The notes: generated by a model not told the origin, from the sequence alone. DNA of 64,000 nucleotides from an uncultured Gammaproteobacteria bacterium (GCA_964537265.1 CAZHZE010000001.1:27103-91102), one strand, 5' to 3'. Shown: positions 26,267 through 34,242, counted from the stretch's first letter. Numbers and translations are program-made.

Positions 26267-27322
26267 TTATTTCTTGATTATCTTACTGTTATATACCAAC
26301 ACGCAGTTATTGTACTCTTCATACGTATTGGCTTTTTCACAGGGCGTGCCCTGGATAGAAAGTTTCACATTTTCCGGTAATAAACGTTCGGAATTGCGAA
26401 AATTTTTCGTCGCGATTGACGACGAAGCTACTGGTTTATAATTCTTCTCGTAGTACTCCAGCAATTCATAATAATCACCTGCTGTCAGTACTCTGTCCAT
26501 GTAGCCGGGTTGATTCAAATCTTCCTGAAATAATTGCTTTGGGATTTGAAAAACCTTAGATGCTAAAATATAAGCTCCGTAAGCTTGCGGAGTTAAAATG
26601 GGATATGTTGCTACCACATACCATCCTTCGCCAAAAAATTGCTTTACAAGCTTATCACGTCCGCTTTTTTCCAACTTCTTAAGAACTTCTTCAGGCAAGG
26701 CGGAATAAAAAGGAATATTATACTCCTTATAAATAGCCCGCACTTCCTTTTGCAGCTTCTGACCGACAAAAGAAGCATTAAGGTCAACCGCTCTTTCAAA
26801 AGCCTCGGTGCCGTTTTCATACAACATCGGGTTAACCTCGCTAACTCTCGGCAAAAAATTCTCGGCTTTTTCAGGATTAAATTTCCCAATGTCTCCGAGC
26901 TTTATATATTTCTCCGAGCGCGGATCGAAAATGCGTTTTCCAGCATGATCGGCAATTCCGATAAAAGTATTATCGAAATCAAACTTTACAGATACTGGAA
27001 TTAAAACGGTTAATTTATTACCCAACGTTTTCACGCCGAAAAATTCATAGAATTTCCAATCTTCACCGTCTTTGTAATAAACCGGCGTCATCCAGGCAAT
27101 CGAAACCTGTTCAATGCCTTCATCATTTAACAGAGCCGTATCGGCAATGTTTAATTTTTTCGGCAAAGGAACTTCTATTTTATAAACCGCTTTAATCGAT
27201 TCCGCTTTATTAAATTGCGGAACGGCGTACATCTCGCCCAGGACTATCTTTGAGTTACTCCCACACCCGCAAAACATAACCGCGACCATCAGAAAGATGG
27301 CCAAAAAGATATTTCTTTTCAT
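26267..27322 (-). CDS. Lipoprotein of unknown function (block gene 2)
   Basis: Lipobox VMFCGCGS. I chose the start at 27322 because AGGAGG lies 6 nt upstream; the ORF-track start at 27328 abuts the SD. Confidence 0.7.
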   Translation of the reverse strand: MKRNIFLAIFLMVAVMFCGCGSNSKIVLGEMYAVPQFNKAESIKAVYKIEVPLPKKLNIADTALLNDEGIEQVSIAWMTPVYYKDGEDWKFYEFFGVKTLGNKLTVLIPVSVKFDFDNTFIGIADHAGKRIFDPRSEKYIKLGDIGKFNPEKAENFLPRVSEVNPMLYENGTEAFERAVDLNASFVGQKLQKEVRAIYKEYNIPFYSALPEEVLKKLEKSGRDKLVKQFFGEGWYVVATYPILTPQAYGAYILASKVFQIPKQLFQEDLNQPGYMDRVLTAGDYYELLEYYEKNYKPVASSSIATKNFRNSERLLPENVKLSIQGTPCEKANTYEEYNNCVLVYNSKIIKK

Positions 27323-27333
27323 GTCCATCCTCC

Positions 27334-28083
27334 TTAGACTCGTTTGATTTGTCTGATTTTACCTTCGGCAATCAACTTATCAACCTGATCGCCGTATTTG
27401 TCTTTCCGACGCCAACACTGTCGTACATTTGCCTTGGCTTCGCCTTCTTTCTCCTTCCAAATCCGATCACCACCATTTTTGTGGCAAAAAGGAATGAAAT
27501 AACGATCAAGTTCAGCATTGTACTCAATTTCGGCCTCAAAAATACCATTTTCTTCAACCGGGACGAAAAACTTTTTATCAGTAACTGTTTGAGAAACTTC
27601 ATTTTTTTGCTCCGCTTGAACCGACGCTTGCTTTTTATCTCGAAGGAAAAAAACTATTGCAATGATAATTATTGCAAGGATAGCGAAGACAATTAAATTA
27701 TCTCTTCTTTCTTCTTGTTGTTTTTTAATTCTGTCTTTCCTATCTTCATCCATCTCTTTTACAATCTTTTGCGCATCTTTCAATGTCGCAATAGCTTCTG
27801 CAACTTGTTTTTTTGCTTCTTCGGGAGTTAACTTAGCTATCGGCCGATCAGATAGATAATAAACAATTTTCTGACCAACCACCACCTGCGTACCCAAATT
27901 TGGGTTCCACTGGTGTATCTCTTTAATGTTTATCCCCTGGACTTTCCAGGTGTACATCAATTCGCCGAGAGTATCGCCGACTTTTACCGTATAAATAACT
28001 TTCTCACCGGCAAATGCCAACGATCCGACTAACAACATAATCATAACCATTACAACCAAAATCATCTTTTTCATTTCCAACAT
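27334..28083 (-). CDS. Bitopic LysM protein: signal peptide, LysM, coiled coil, TM segment and cytoplasmic tail (block gene 1)
   Basis: LysM motif VKVGDTLGELMYTWKVQGINIKEIHQWNPNLGTQVVVGQKIVY, a charged helix, a TM segment (LIVFAILAIIIIAIVFFL) and a C-terminal domain of about 100 aa. An alternative start lies at 28074. Confidence 0.7.
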   Translation of the reverse strand: MLEMKKMILVVMVMIMLLVGSLAFAGEKVIYTVKVGDTLGELMYTWKVQGINIKEIHQWNPNLGTQVVVGQKIVYYLSDRPIAKLTPEEAKKQVAEAIATLKDAQKIVKEMDEDRKDRIKKQQEERRDNLIVFAILAIIIIAIVFFLRDKKQASVQAEQKNEVSQTVTDKKFFVPVEENGIFEAEIEYNAELDRYFIPFCHKNGGDRIWKEKEGEAKANVRQCWRRKDKYGDQVDKLIAEGKIRQIKRV

Positions 28084-28089
28084 CCTTTC

Positions 28090-28212
28090 CGTCCAATTGG
28101 ACGATTTTTGGGCAATTGCCCATTTTTATTTTTACTAACTAAATTGTCAAAGTTCTAATCTATAATCTGCCGATCTTAATTCACTTGAATCACGATCGTC
28201 GGCAATTGCCGA
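28090..28212. repeat. Three CAATTG-core palindromes around the block promoter
   Basis: CGTCCAATTGGACG (28090-103), GGGCAATTGCCC (28110-121) and TCGGCAATTGCCGA (28199-212). The last two share the 10-bp core GGCAATTGCC. Confidence 0.55.
28123..28150 (-). promoter_or_regulatory. Candidate sigma70-type promoter of the exported-protein block
   Basis: The minus strand carries TTGACA (28145..28150), a 16-nt spacer and TAAAAA (28123..28128). The predicted start falls at the GGGCAATTGCCC palindrome. Confidence 0.4.
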
Positions 28213-28249
28213 GTGGCGCAAATTCAGACCTCCATTCTCGGATAATTTT

Positions 28250-29119
28250 TTAATTATCCGAATATGGCTTTCCGAATATATTATTCATACTTCCCTGCTT
28301 AGAAATTTCTTCATTGTTATCTAAGTCATCATCACTATCTAAATCATTATTTATTTTATTTTCACTAAAATTAAATTCTGTCTCATCTAACGCTTCCGTT
28401 GGTTCGGCTACGCTCGCGAGTACAGCCGGCGCGAATTCTCGTTCTCGATAAGAATTATTTTTTTCTTCATGTTTATCGTGAGAATTTTTTGGCGCTAAAC
28501 TGACATTATATTTTTTTTCAGGATATAAATAAATATAAACGCCGGAAAAAATTAAACCTAGCACTAGGGCCAAATTAAAATTTAAAATTAAATTTGGTTT
28601 AACCGGATAGTTGCTGGTAATCGGATCATCAATTACTTTTATAGAAACATTATCTGCGCCACCATGATAAAGTCCATGTTTAGTTTGTAAAGTATAAACT
28701 ATGGCACGAGCAATCAAATCTGTTTGAGTGCGATCTTTATGATAAACATTAATTGTGATAATACCCGAGTCATTATTAGCTTTAGTGCTAACGGTTTTAT
28801 TCCAAGTCTTCATTTGTTTTTTTACTGTCTGACCGAAATAACTTTTATCAACCGCATAACCAGAGTTCAAAACATTTTCAAAAAATGAATTAGAATAAAC
28901 GACCTTGGCCAAGATGTTGCTTAAATACTCAGTTGATTTTGAAGCTGTGTACGGATCGGAGCTAATTGAGTTTTGAATTATTAGTATTTGAGAACTTGCC
29001 CCATATTTAAACGGTTGAACAACGGTTAAAATAGTGGCTAAAATTAAAAAAATAAAAACAAAAGACGCAATGGTGCTTTTTTTCTTATTTATTAGGGATA
29101 AATAATCTTTTAATTCCAT
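28250..29119 (-). CDS. Wzz-like polysaccharide chain-length determinant family protein
   Basis: An N-terminal TM segment follows MELKDYLSLINKKKSTI, a second TM segment lies near residue 200, and the C-terminal tail is acidic. This architecture is typical of the Wzz N-terminal domain family. Confidence 0.55.
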   Translation of the reverse strand: MELKDYLSLINKKKSTIASFVFIFLILATILTVVQPFKYGASSQILIIQNSISSDPYTASKSTEYLSNILAKVVYSNSFFENVLNSGYAVDKSYFGQTVKKQMKTWNKTVSTKANNDSGIITINVYHKDRTQTDLIARAIVYTLQTKHGLYHGGADNVSIKVIDDPITSNYPVKPNLILNFNLALVLGLIFSGVYIYLYPEKKYNVSLAPKNSHDKHEEKNNSYREREFAPAVLASVAEPTEALDETEFNFSENKINNDLDSDDDLDNNEEISKQGSMNNIFGKPYSDN

Positions 29120-29223
29120 ATAAATTGTTTATAAATAATTAATTAGTTTAACAGAGCATCTTAACACTTCTTTGGATTTTTGTCAAGATAAGGCAATTTT
29201 ATACCATATTTTGCCTAAAAAAA

Positions 29224-29250
29224 CAAAAAAACGGGTTTACGCCCGTTTTT
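29224..29250. terminator. Terminator hairpin
   Basis: AAAAAAACGGGTTTACGCCCGTTTTT: stem ACGGG / CCCGT flanked by an A-run and a T-run. Confidence 0.55.
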
Positions 29251-29275
29251 ATTATATTTTAAGATTATTTTAAAT

Positions 29276-30637
29276 CTAATTATTGTTTATCTGAAAAATT
29301 TTACCTACTGGCCAGCTTTTTTTATTAAATTCACCGTCAACAATCTGACTTTTTTTAAATTCTACATCAAAATAATACTCTGTTTTACCAATTGTTTTAT
29401 CTGACTTAATTCTTTCTATTACGACTTGCAAATTTTTATTTTTAAACTTCTTTTTGTAGCTATTAGCTAATTCAACACCCAACTTTCTTAATATTGCCGC
29501 TCGCCTATTTTTTTCTTTTTCTTCAACCTGATTTGGCATGCTCGCGGCCGGAGTTTTTTCATGGGCTGAAAAAGGAAAAACATGCAAACGGCTAAATTTT
29601 ATTTGTTGAATAAATTTTTTTGTTTCTTCAAAATCCTTTTTCGTCTCGCCGGGAAAACCGACGATCACATCCGTGGTGATAGCGACATCCGAAAGAACAC
29701 GCCTAATTTTTTTTACTTTATTTAAAAAATATTTTTTATCGTACGGACGATTCATTAATTTTAAAATTTTATCTGAACCAGCTTGCAAAGGTAAATGAAG
29801 GTGCTTACAAATCTTTTTTTCTTTAACCATCAAATTTATTAATTCATCAGACACTTCGGTAATTTCAATTGAGCTTAAACGCACTCGACCAAACTCGTTA
29901 ATTTTAATTATTTTTTTTATTAAACTAACTAAATTGTCATTGCGAGGAGCGCCAGCGACGCGGCGATCTAACTTACTATTTACTTTACAATTTGTTTGTG
30001 AGATTGCTTCGCTCCTTTTAGTCGCTCGCAATGACAGTTGCCTTTCTTTCCCATAAAGCCCTAAATGAATTCCGGATAATACAACTTCTTCATAGCCGTT
30101 TGCAACAGCTTTAGTAATCTCATTAATTATTTCTTTTTCCCCCCTACTTTTTAATTTTCCTCGTACATAAGGAATAATACAATAACTGCAATACTGTTCG
30201 CAGCCGTCTTGTATTTTTATAAAATAACGTGATCTATCGGTCGCGGCCAGCTTTATTTTTTTATCGTTTGGCGTTGAGCATTTTTTAAAAATTTTTTTAA
30301 TCGCTTTACTAGCATCTTTATCTTTTATAATATAATCGACTCCGGAGATTTTATTACCATTTAATCTTGGCCAACAACCTGCCAAAATTATTTTTGCTTT
30401 AGGATTTTCCTTTTTAGCTAATTTAACTATACGGCAGCTTTTTACTATAGCTGTTTTAGTAACCGCGCAACTATTAATAATAGCCATATCGGCATTTTTT
30501 TTGATCGCAATAAAACCAGCCATTTCCAACTCAGCGGCTAAAGATCCTGAATCATATTGATTAACTTTACAACCAAGGGTGTAAATTTTATATGTCTTTA
30601 CCCTGTTAAATACTATCTTGTTATCATGAACTGCCAT
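29276..30637 (-). CDS. mtaB: tRNA methylthiotransferase of the MtaB type (radical SAM), carrying an in-frame insertion
   Basis: UPF0004 N-terminal domain (YTLGCKVNQYDSG), radical SAM cluster CEQYCSYC, and VIVGFPGETKKDFEET. The YGKE...RVRLSSIE spacing is about 27-36 aa longer than in B. subtilis MtaB as I recall it. Confidence 0.85.
   Translation of the reverse strand: MAVHDNKIVFNRVKTYKIYTLGCKVNQYDSGSLAAELEMAGFIAIKKNADMAIINSCAVTKTAIVKSCRIVKLAKKENPKAKIILAGCWPRLNGNKISGVDYIIKDKDASKAIKKIFKKCSTPNDKKIKLAATDRSRYFIKIQDGCEQYCSYCIIPYVRGKLKSRGEKEIINEITKAVANGYEEVVLSGIHLGLYGKERQLSLRATKRSEAISQTNCKVNSKLDRRVAGAPRNDNLVSLIKKIIKINEFGRVRLSSIEITEVSDELINLMVKEKKICKHLHLPLQAGSDKILKLMNRPYDKKYFLNKVKKIRRVLSDVAITTDVIVGFPGETKKDFEETKKFIQQIKFSRLHVFPFSAHEKTPAASMPNQVEEKEKNRRAAILRKLGVELANSYKKKFKNKNLQVVIERIKSDKTIGKTEYYFDVEFKKSQIVDGEFNKKSWPVGKIFQINNN
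29936..30035. repeat. Palindromic repeat element of about 100 bp inserted in frame in mtaB
   Basis: Terminal inverted repeat GTCATTGCGAG (29936-46) / CTCGCAATGAC (30025-35), with further imperfect arm matches (GAGCG, GC(G/A)ATC). It translates to SLRATKRSEAIS...AGAPRND. Confidence 0.6.
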
Positions 30638-30702
30638 AAAAATTTATTCATATTATAAATCATATATTTATTATACCTCGTTATATTTAACGGGGTGAAT
30701 AC

Positions 30703-30724
30703 TAAAAAATCCCACTCAAGGGAT
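30703..30724 (-). terminator. Terminator after tRNA-Thr
   Basis: The minus strand reads ATCCC-TTGAGT-GGGAT followed by TTTTT. Confidence 0.5.
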
Positions 30725-30730
30725 ATTAAT

Positions 30731-30806
30731 TGGAGCCACCCGTCGGATTCGGACCGACGACCTACGGTTTACAAAACCGTTGCTCTACCAACTGAGCTAG
30801 GGTGGC
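30731..30806 (-). tRNA. tRNA-Thr (anticodon UGU), CCA encoded
   Basis: GCCACCC TA GCTC AGTTGGTA GAGC A ACGGT TTTGTAA ACCGT AGGTC GTCGG TCCGAAT CCGAC GGGTGGC T CCA. The T-loop reads TCCGAAT, so position 55 is C. Confidence 0.9.
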
Positions 30807-30823
30807 CTATTGAGAAATAAATA

Positions 30824-30845
30824 TGTGCGCCGTATTGGATTCGAA
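30824..30845 (-). pseudogene. Duplicate of the 3' end of tRNA-Lys (fragment)
   Basis: The plus strand TGTGCGCCGTATTGGATTCGAA matches 30945..30967 (TGGTGCGCCGTACTGGATTCGAA) with one mismatch and one indel. No complete cloverleaf can be folded. Confidence 0.6.
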
Positions 30846-30944
30846 GGGGCAAGCCCCACGCCGACACACAGTTTCGAATCCTTTATGAGAATTAAAAAAC
30901 CTTAATAATTTATTTTAAATTAAACTAAAAAAACAGCATTCTGC

Positions 30945-31020
30945 TGGTGCGCCGTACTGGATTCGAACCAGTGACCTTCTCCTTAAAAGGGAGCTGCTCT
31001 GCCAACTGAGCTAACAGCGC
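30945..31020 (-). tRNA. tRNA-Lys (anticodon UUU), CCA encoded
   Basis: GCGCTGT TA GCTC AGTTGGCA GAGC A GCTCC CTTTTAA GGAGA AGGTC ACTGG TTCGAAT CCAGT ACGGCGC A CCA. Confidence 0.9.
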
Positions 31021-31029
31021 GTAAATAAA

Positions 31030-31266
31030 TTATATTCTATTTTCTAAAAACTTTCTACCAAAACCTGTTTTAAAATATTTTTCTCTATTTAGGGCTTTAA
31101 ATTTATTATTACATGCCTCATAATATGCTAGCTTTAACGGCCTTCTGTCTCTAGTAGAAACTACCAAACCATTCTGATGTTCTAAAAATCTTTTTCTTAA
31201 ATCATGAGTAAACCCAATATATAATTTTTTGTCTTTTATGCTTTCTAATATATAAGTGTAATACAT
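31030..31266 (-). CDS. Small GIY-YIG nuclease family protein
   Basis: MYYTYILESIKDKKLYIGFTHDLRKRFLEHQNG contains the GIY-YIG motifs YxYIL and YIGxT. I chose the internal ATG at 31266; the upstream part of the 125-aa ORF looks non-coding. Confidence 0.8.
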   Translation of the reverse strand: MYYTYILESIKDKKLYIGFTHDLRKRFLEHQNGLVVSTRDRRPLKLAYYEACNNKFKALNREKYFKTGFGRKFLENRI

Positions 31267-31389
31267 GCTCTTAATACGCCAACTGAGCCCCGCCCGCCAT
31301 GCAAGCCAGCTTGCTGGCGTTGCGGGCGCGGTAACGGCGCGCAAATAAAAAACCCGCGCCAACGGATATGTTAATAATAAAATAACATA
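31267..31389 (-). other. GC-rich nested-hairpin block with a tRNA D-arm-like segment upstream of the GIY-YIG gene
   Basis: On the minus strand a 10-bp hairpin (GGATATGTTA / TAACATATCC) comes first. Next, CCGCGCCCGC pairs with GCGGGCGGGG around GCCAGC-AA-GCTGGC. Then GCTCAGTTGGC..GAGC matches the tRNA-Lys D-arm (11-mer plus GAGC, with a 7-nt insertion). Confidence 0.4.
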
Positions 31390-31450
31390 TCCTTTATAAA
31401 AATGCAAATATTTGGTGAAAATCTGTGGAAAAAAAGTGAAAATTTTGCCC

Positions 31451-31479
31451 TTGCTTAAACTAAACCTAAAAGGTATTAT
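31451..31479 (+). promoter_or_regulatory. Candidate dnaB promoter positioned for a leaderless mRNA
   Basis: TTGCTT, a 17-nt spacer and TATTAT, with only 6 nt between the -10 element and the ATG at 31486. Confidence 0.4.
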
Positions 31480-31485
31480 AACAAC

Positions 31486-32883
31486 ATGACTGACAAAAAA
31501 GATTCTATATCAAAATTACCACCGCAAAATATGGAGGCTGAGGCCTCTCTTTTAGGCTGTTTAATGATTGACAAAGACGCAATTTTTAAAATTGCCGATA
31601 CTTTAAAGCCGGAAGATTTTTATAAAGACAGCCATGGCATTATTTATGAAAATATGCGCGAATTATATGCGCGCCATGAACCGATTGATATTTTAACCCT
31701 TACTTCAAAATTAGAAGAAAAAAATAAGCTTGAAGTTGTAGGCGGACGCACTTATATAGCCGAATTGGCCAATACCGTAGCCACTTCGGCCCATGTAGTC
31801 CATTATTCTAATATTATACAACGCAAAGCCACTCTAAGACGCTTATTATCAGCTTCGGCCGATATTACTGAATTAGGCTATCGTGAAGATGAAGAAATAG
31901 AAAAATTGTTAGATGAAGCCGAGCAAAAATTATTCGGCGTTTCGCAAAAATATTTAAAAAATGTTTTTCAGCCGATTGATAACTTATTAACTGAAGCTTT
32001 TGACAGAATTGATGAGCTGCATAAACAAAGCGGAAAATTGCGCGGACTAGCTACAGGTTTTAACGATCTTGATAATTTATTGGCCGGTTTGCAAAAATCA
32101 GATTTAGTAATTTTAGCCGCTAGACCGAGCGTGGGCAAAACTTCTTTAGCTCTAGATATAGCCAGACAATCAGCTTTATTAAGCAAAATCCCTGTCGGTA
32201 TATTTTCTTTAGAAATGAGTAAAGAGCAATTAGTCGACCGCATGCTTTGCGCCCAGGCCAACGTAAGCTTATGGCGTATGCGCACCGGGAAATTATCCGA
32301 CAAAGAGGAAGATAATGATTTTTCACGCATCGGCGAAGCTATGGGAAAATTATCAGAAGCGCCTATTTATATTGATGATTCAGCCAGCTGCAATATTATG
32401 GAAATAAGAACTAAAGCGCGCCGCTTACAGGTTGAAAAAGGTTTAGGCTTATTAATCATCGACTATTTGCAATTAATGGAAGGACGTTCTAGCCACGGAG
32501 ATAACCGCGTTCAAGAAGTTTCAGAAATCACTCGCGGCCTTAAATCAATCGCCCGTGAATTAAATATACCCGTTTTAGCTTTATCGCAATTATCGCGAGC
32601 AGTAGAAATGGGTGGCGCTCAAGCCATACCGAGATTAGCGCATTTAAGAGAATCAGGATCCATTGAACAAGATGCTGATGTGGTTATGTTTATTTATCGT
32701 AAAGCCGCCGACCGCCACTATAATTACGACGATTTATCCGAAACCGATAAACATACAGGGGAAATTCATATTGCTAAACATAGAAACGGCCCGACCGGTA
32801 AGGTAGAATTATTTTTTGATGAAAATACTGTAAGCTTTAAAAATTTAGATAAAACCGGCCAAGAAGCGCCGCCTGAATACTAA
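31486..32883 (+). CDS. dnaB: Replicative DNA helicase DnaB
   Basis: The N-terminal motif PPQNMEAEASLLGCLM, Walker A ARPSVGKTS, LLIIDYLQLM and the C-terminal motif GSIEQDADVVMFIYR. Confidence 0.95.
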   Translation: MTDKKDSISKLPPQNMEAEASLLGCLMIDKDAIFKIADTLKPEDFYKDSHGIIYENMRELYARHEPIDILTLTSKLEEKNKLEVVGGRTYIAELANTVATSAHVVHYSNIIQRKATLRRLLSASADITELGYREDEEIEKLLDEAEQKLFGVSQKYLKNVFQPIDNLLTEAFDRIDELHKQSGKLRGLATGFNDLDNLLAGLQKSDLVILAARPSVGKTSLALDIARQSALLSKIPVGIFSLEMSKEQLVDRMLCAQANVSLWRMRTGKLSDKEEDNDFSRIGEAMGKLSEAPIYIDDSASCNIMEIRTKARRLQVEKGLGLLIIDYLQLMEGRSSHGDNRVQEVSEITRGLKSIARELNIPVLALSQLSRAVEMGGAQAIPRLAHLRESGSIEQDADVVMFIYRKAADRHYNYDDLSETDKHTGEIHIAKHRNGPTGKVELFFDENTVSFKNLDKTGQEAPPEY

Positions 32884-32893
32884 ATAAATTATT

Positions 32894-33175
32894 ATGTTCA
32901 ACAAACTAAAACAATTTAAGGATCTAAGAAACCAAGCCAAAACTTTACAAAATGCTTTAGCTCAAGAAACAGTGGAATATGAAAAAAACGGCATTAAAAT
33001 AACTATGAGTGGCAATATGGAAATAACTCAACTGTCTATTAACGCCGAATTTTCAAAAGAAAAATTAGAAAATATTTTAACAGAAGTAATAAATGAAAGT
33101 ATAAAACGCGCCCAGAAAGTCATGGCTAAAAAAGTTCAGGATATGGGCGGACTAAACGGAATGAATAATTTTTAA
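32894..33175 (+). CDS. ybaB: Nucleoid-associated protein YbaB/EbfC
   Basis: 93 aa with a typical sequence pattern, positioned immediately upstream of recR. Confidence 0.8.
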   Translation: MFNKLKQFKDLRNQAKTLQNALAQETVEYEKNGIKITMSGNMEITQLSINAEFSKEKLENILTEVINESIKRAQKVMAKKVQDMGGLNGMNNF

Positions 33176-33244
33176 TATCCTAATATTTAAATATTAAAAA
33201 TTTAGATATTATTTAAAAATTAAAAAATTAAAAATTCTTATTGC

Positions 33245-33841
33245 ATGCATTACCCCTCTTCTATCCAAAATCTGATTGATTACTTCTCTAAATTACCATC
33301 GGTTGGGCCTAAAACCGCTGAACGTTATGTTTTTTATTTATTAAAACAAAATCCTGAATTGCTGCAACAATTTGCTCAAGCCATAGCCGAACTTAAAGAA
33401 AAAACCACAATTTGCCAAATCTGCTTGTCTATCGCCGAAACTAACCCTTGTGTAATATGCTCGGATAAAAAAAGAAACAAAAACACGCTCTGCTTAGTTT
33501 CCGATACGCGAGACATGCTTGCTATTGAAGCAACTAAACAATATAACGGTTTATATTTTATTTTAGGCGGAGTTATAAATACTATTGAAGGTATTAAACC
33601 AGAACAGCTAAATATTAAAGCTTTGCAACATCATTTAAAAGTGAATAATATTGATGAGATAATTCTGGCTTTTAATCCCAACCTTGAGGGTGAAACCACT
33701 ACTATGTATATTGCTAAATTATTAAAACCTTTAAATATAAAAATAACTCGTTTAGCTAAAGGCTTGCCTATGGGGGCGGATCTTGAATACGCCGATGAAA
33801 TTACTTTAATTAATGCCTTAAAATATAGAAATAAAATTTAA
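33245..33841 (+). CDS. recR: Recombination protein RecR
   Basis: LPSVGPKTAERYVFYLL (HhH motif), a C4 zinc finger CQICLSIAETNPCVIC, and a Toprim region. Confidence 0.9.
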   Translation: MHYPSSIQNLIDYFSKLPSVGPKTAERYVFYLLKQNPELLQQFAQAIAELKEKTTICQICLSIAETNPCVICSDKKRNKNTLCLVSDTRDMLAIEATKQYNGLYFILGGVINTIEGIKPEQLNIKALQHHLKVNNIDEIILAFNPNLEGETTTMYIAKLLKPLNIKITRLAKGLPMGADLEYADEITLINALKYRNKI

Positions 33842-33879
33842 ATAAAATAAAAATAAATATAAAAAAATAAGGAGTAAAA

Positions 33880-34230
33880 ATGGCTCACAAAACTTTATCG
33901 GAACTTTCAAAAACATCACTTTTTGAAATAGTAAGTTATGTGCATAAAAACCACAACTTGTTGCCATACTCGAAAGGCAAACTTGCACCCATATTGCAAG
34001 AAAAAAAAATTATTGAAAAATTTATAGTATACGGTGAAGTCGGCGATAAGTCTGTGGTTGCTGAATTGTCAAAAGATCAATTACTATGCATAGCCTACTA
34101 TCGAAGAATCAATGACTCTAACGTTTTAAAACGTTTATTGTGGAAAATAATCTTAAATATTTTTCACAAAAAAAGAGTTGAAAAAATCTATCGGCAATAC
34201 CAAGAGTTGGAAGAAAAAATCATTAGCTAA
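33880..34230 (+). CDS. Hypothetical protein
   Basis: 116-aa ORF with AAGGAG 5 nt upstream of the ATG. No family recognised. Confidence 0.5.
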   Translation: MAHKTLSELSKTSLFEIVSYVHKNHNLLPYSKGKLAPILQEKKIIEKFIVYGEVGDKSVVAELSKDQLLCIAYYRRINDSNVLKRLLWKIILNIFHKKRVEKIYRQYQELEEKIIS

Positions 34231-34242
34231 ATTCAGTTTAGC

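Noticed and set aside
30688-30700. The 12-mer TAACGGGGTGAA shared between 30688-30699 and 45441-45452.
   Set aside because: A single 12-nt match is expected by chance many times in a 64-kb window, one copy is inside a coding region, and there is no flanking similarity.
31267-31407. The 47-codon N-terminal extension of the GIY-YIG ORF (MHFYKGYVILLLTYPLARVFYLRAVTAPATPASWLAWRAGLSWRIKS).
   Set aside because: It translates a GC-rich nested-hairpin block. The GIY-YIG domain begins exactly at the internal Met (MYYTYIL), as in stand-alone family members.
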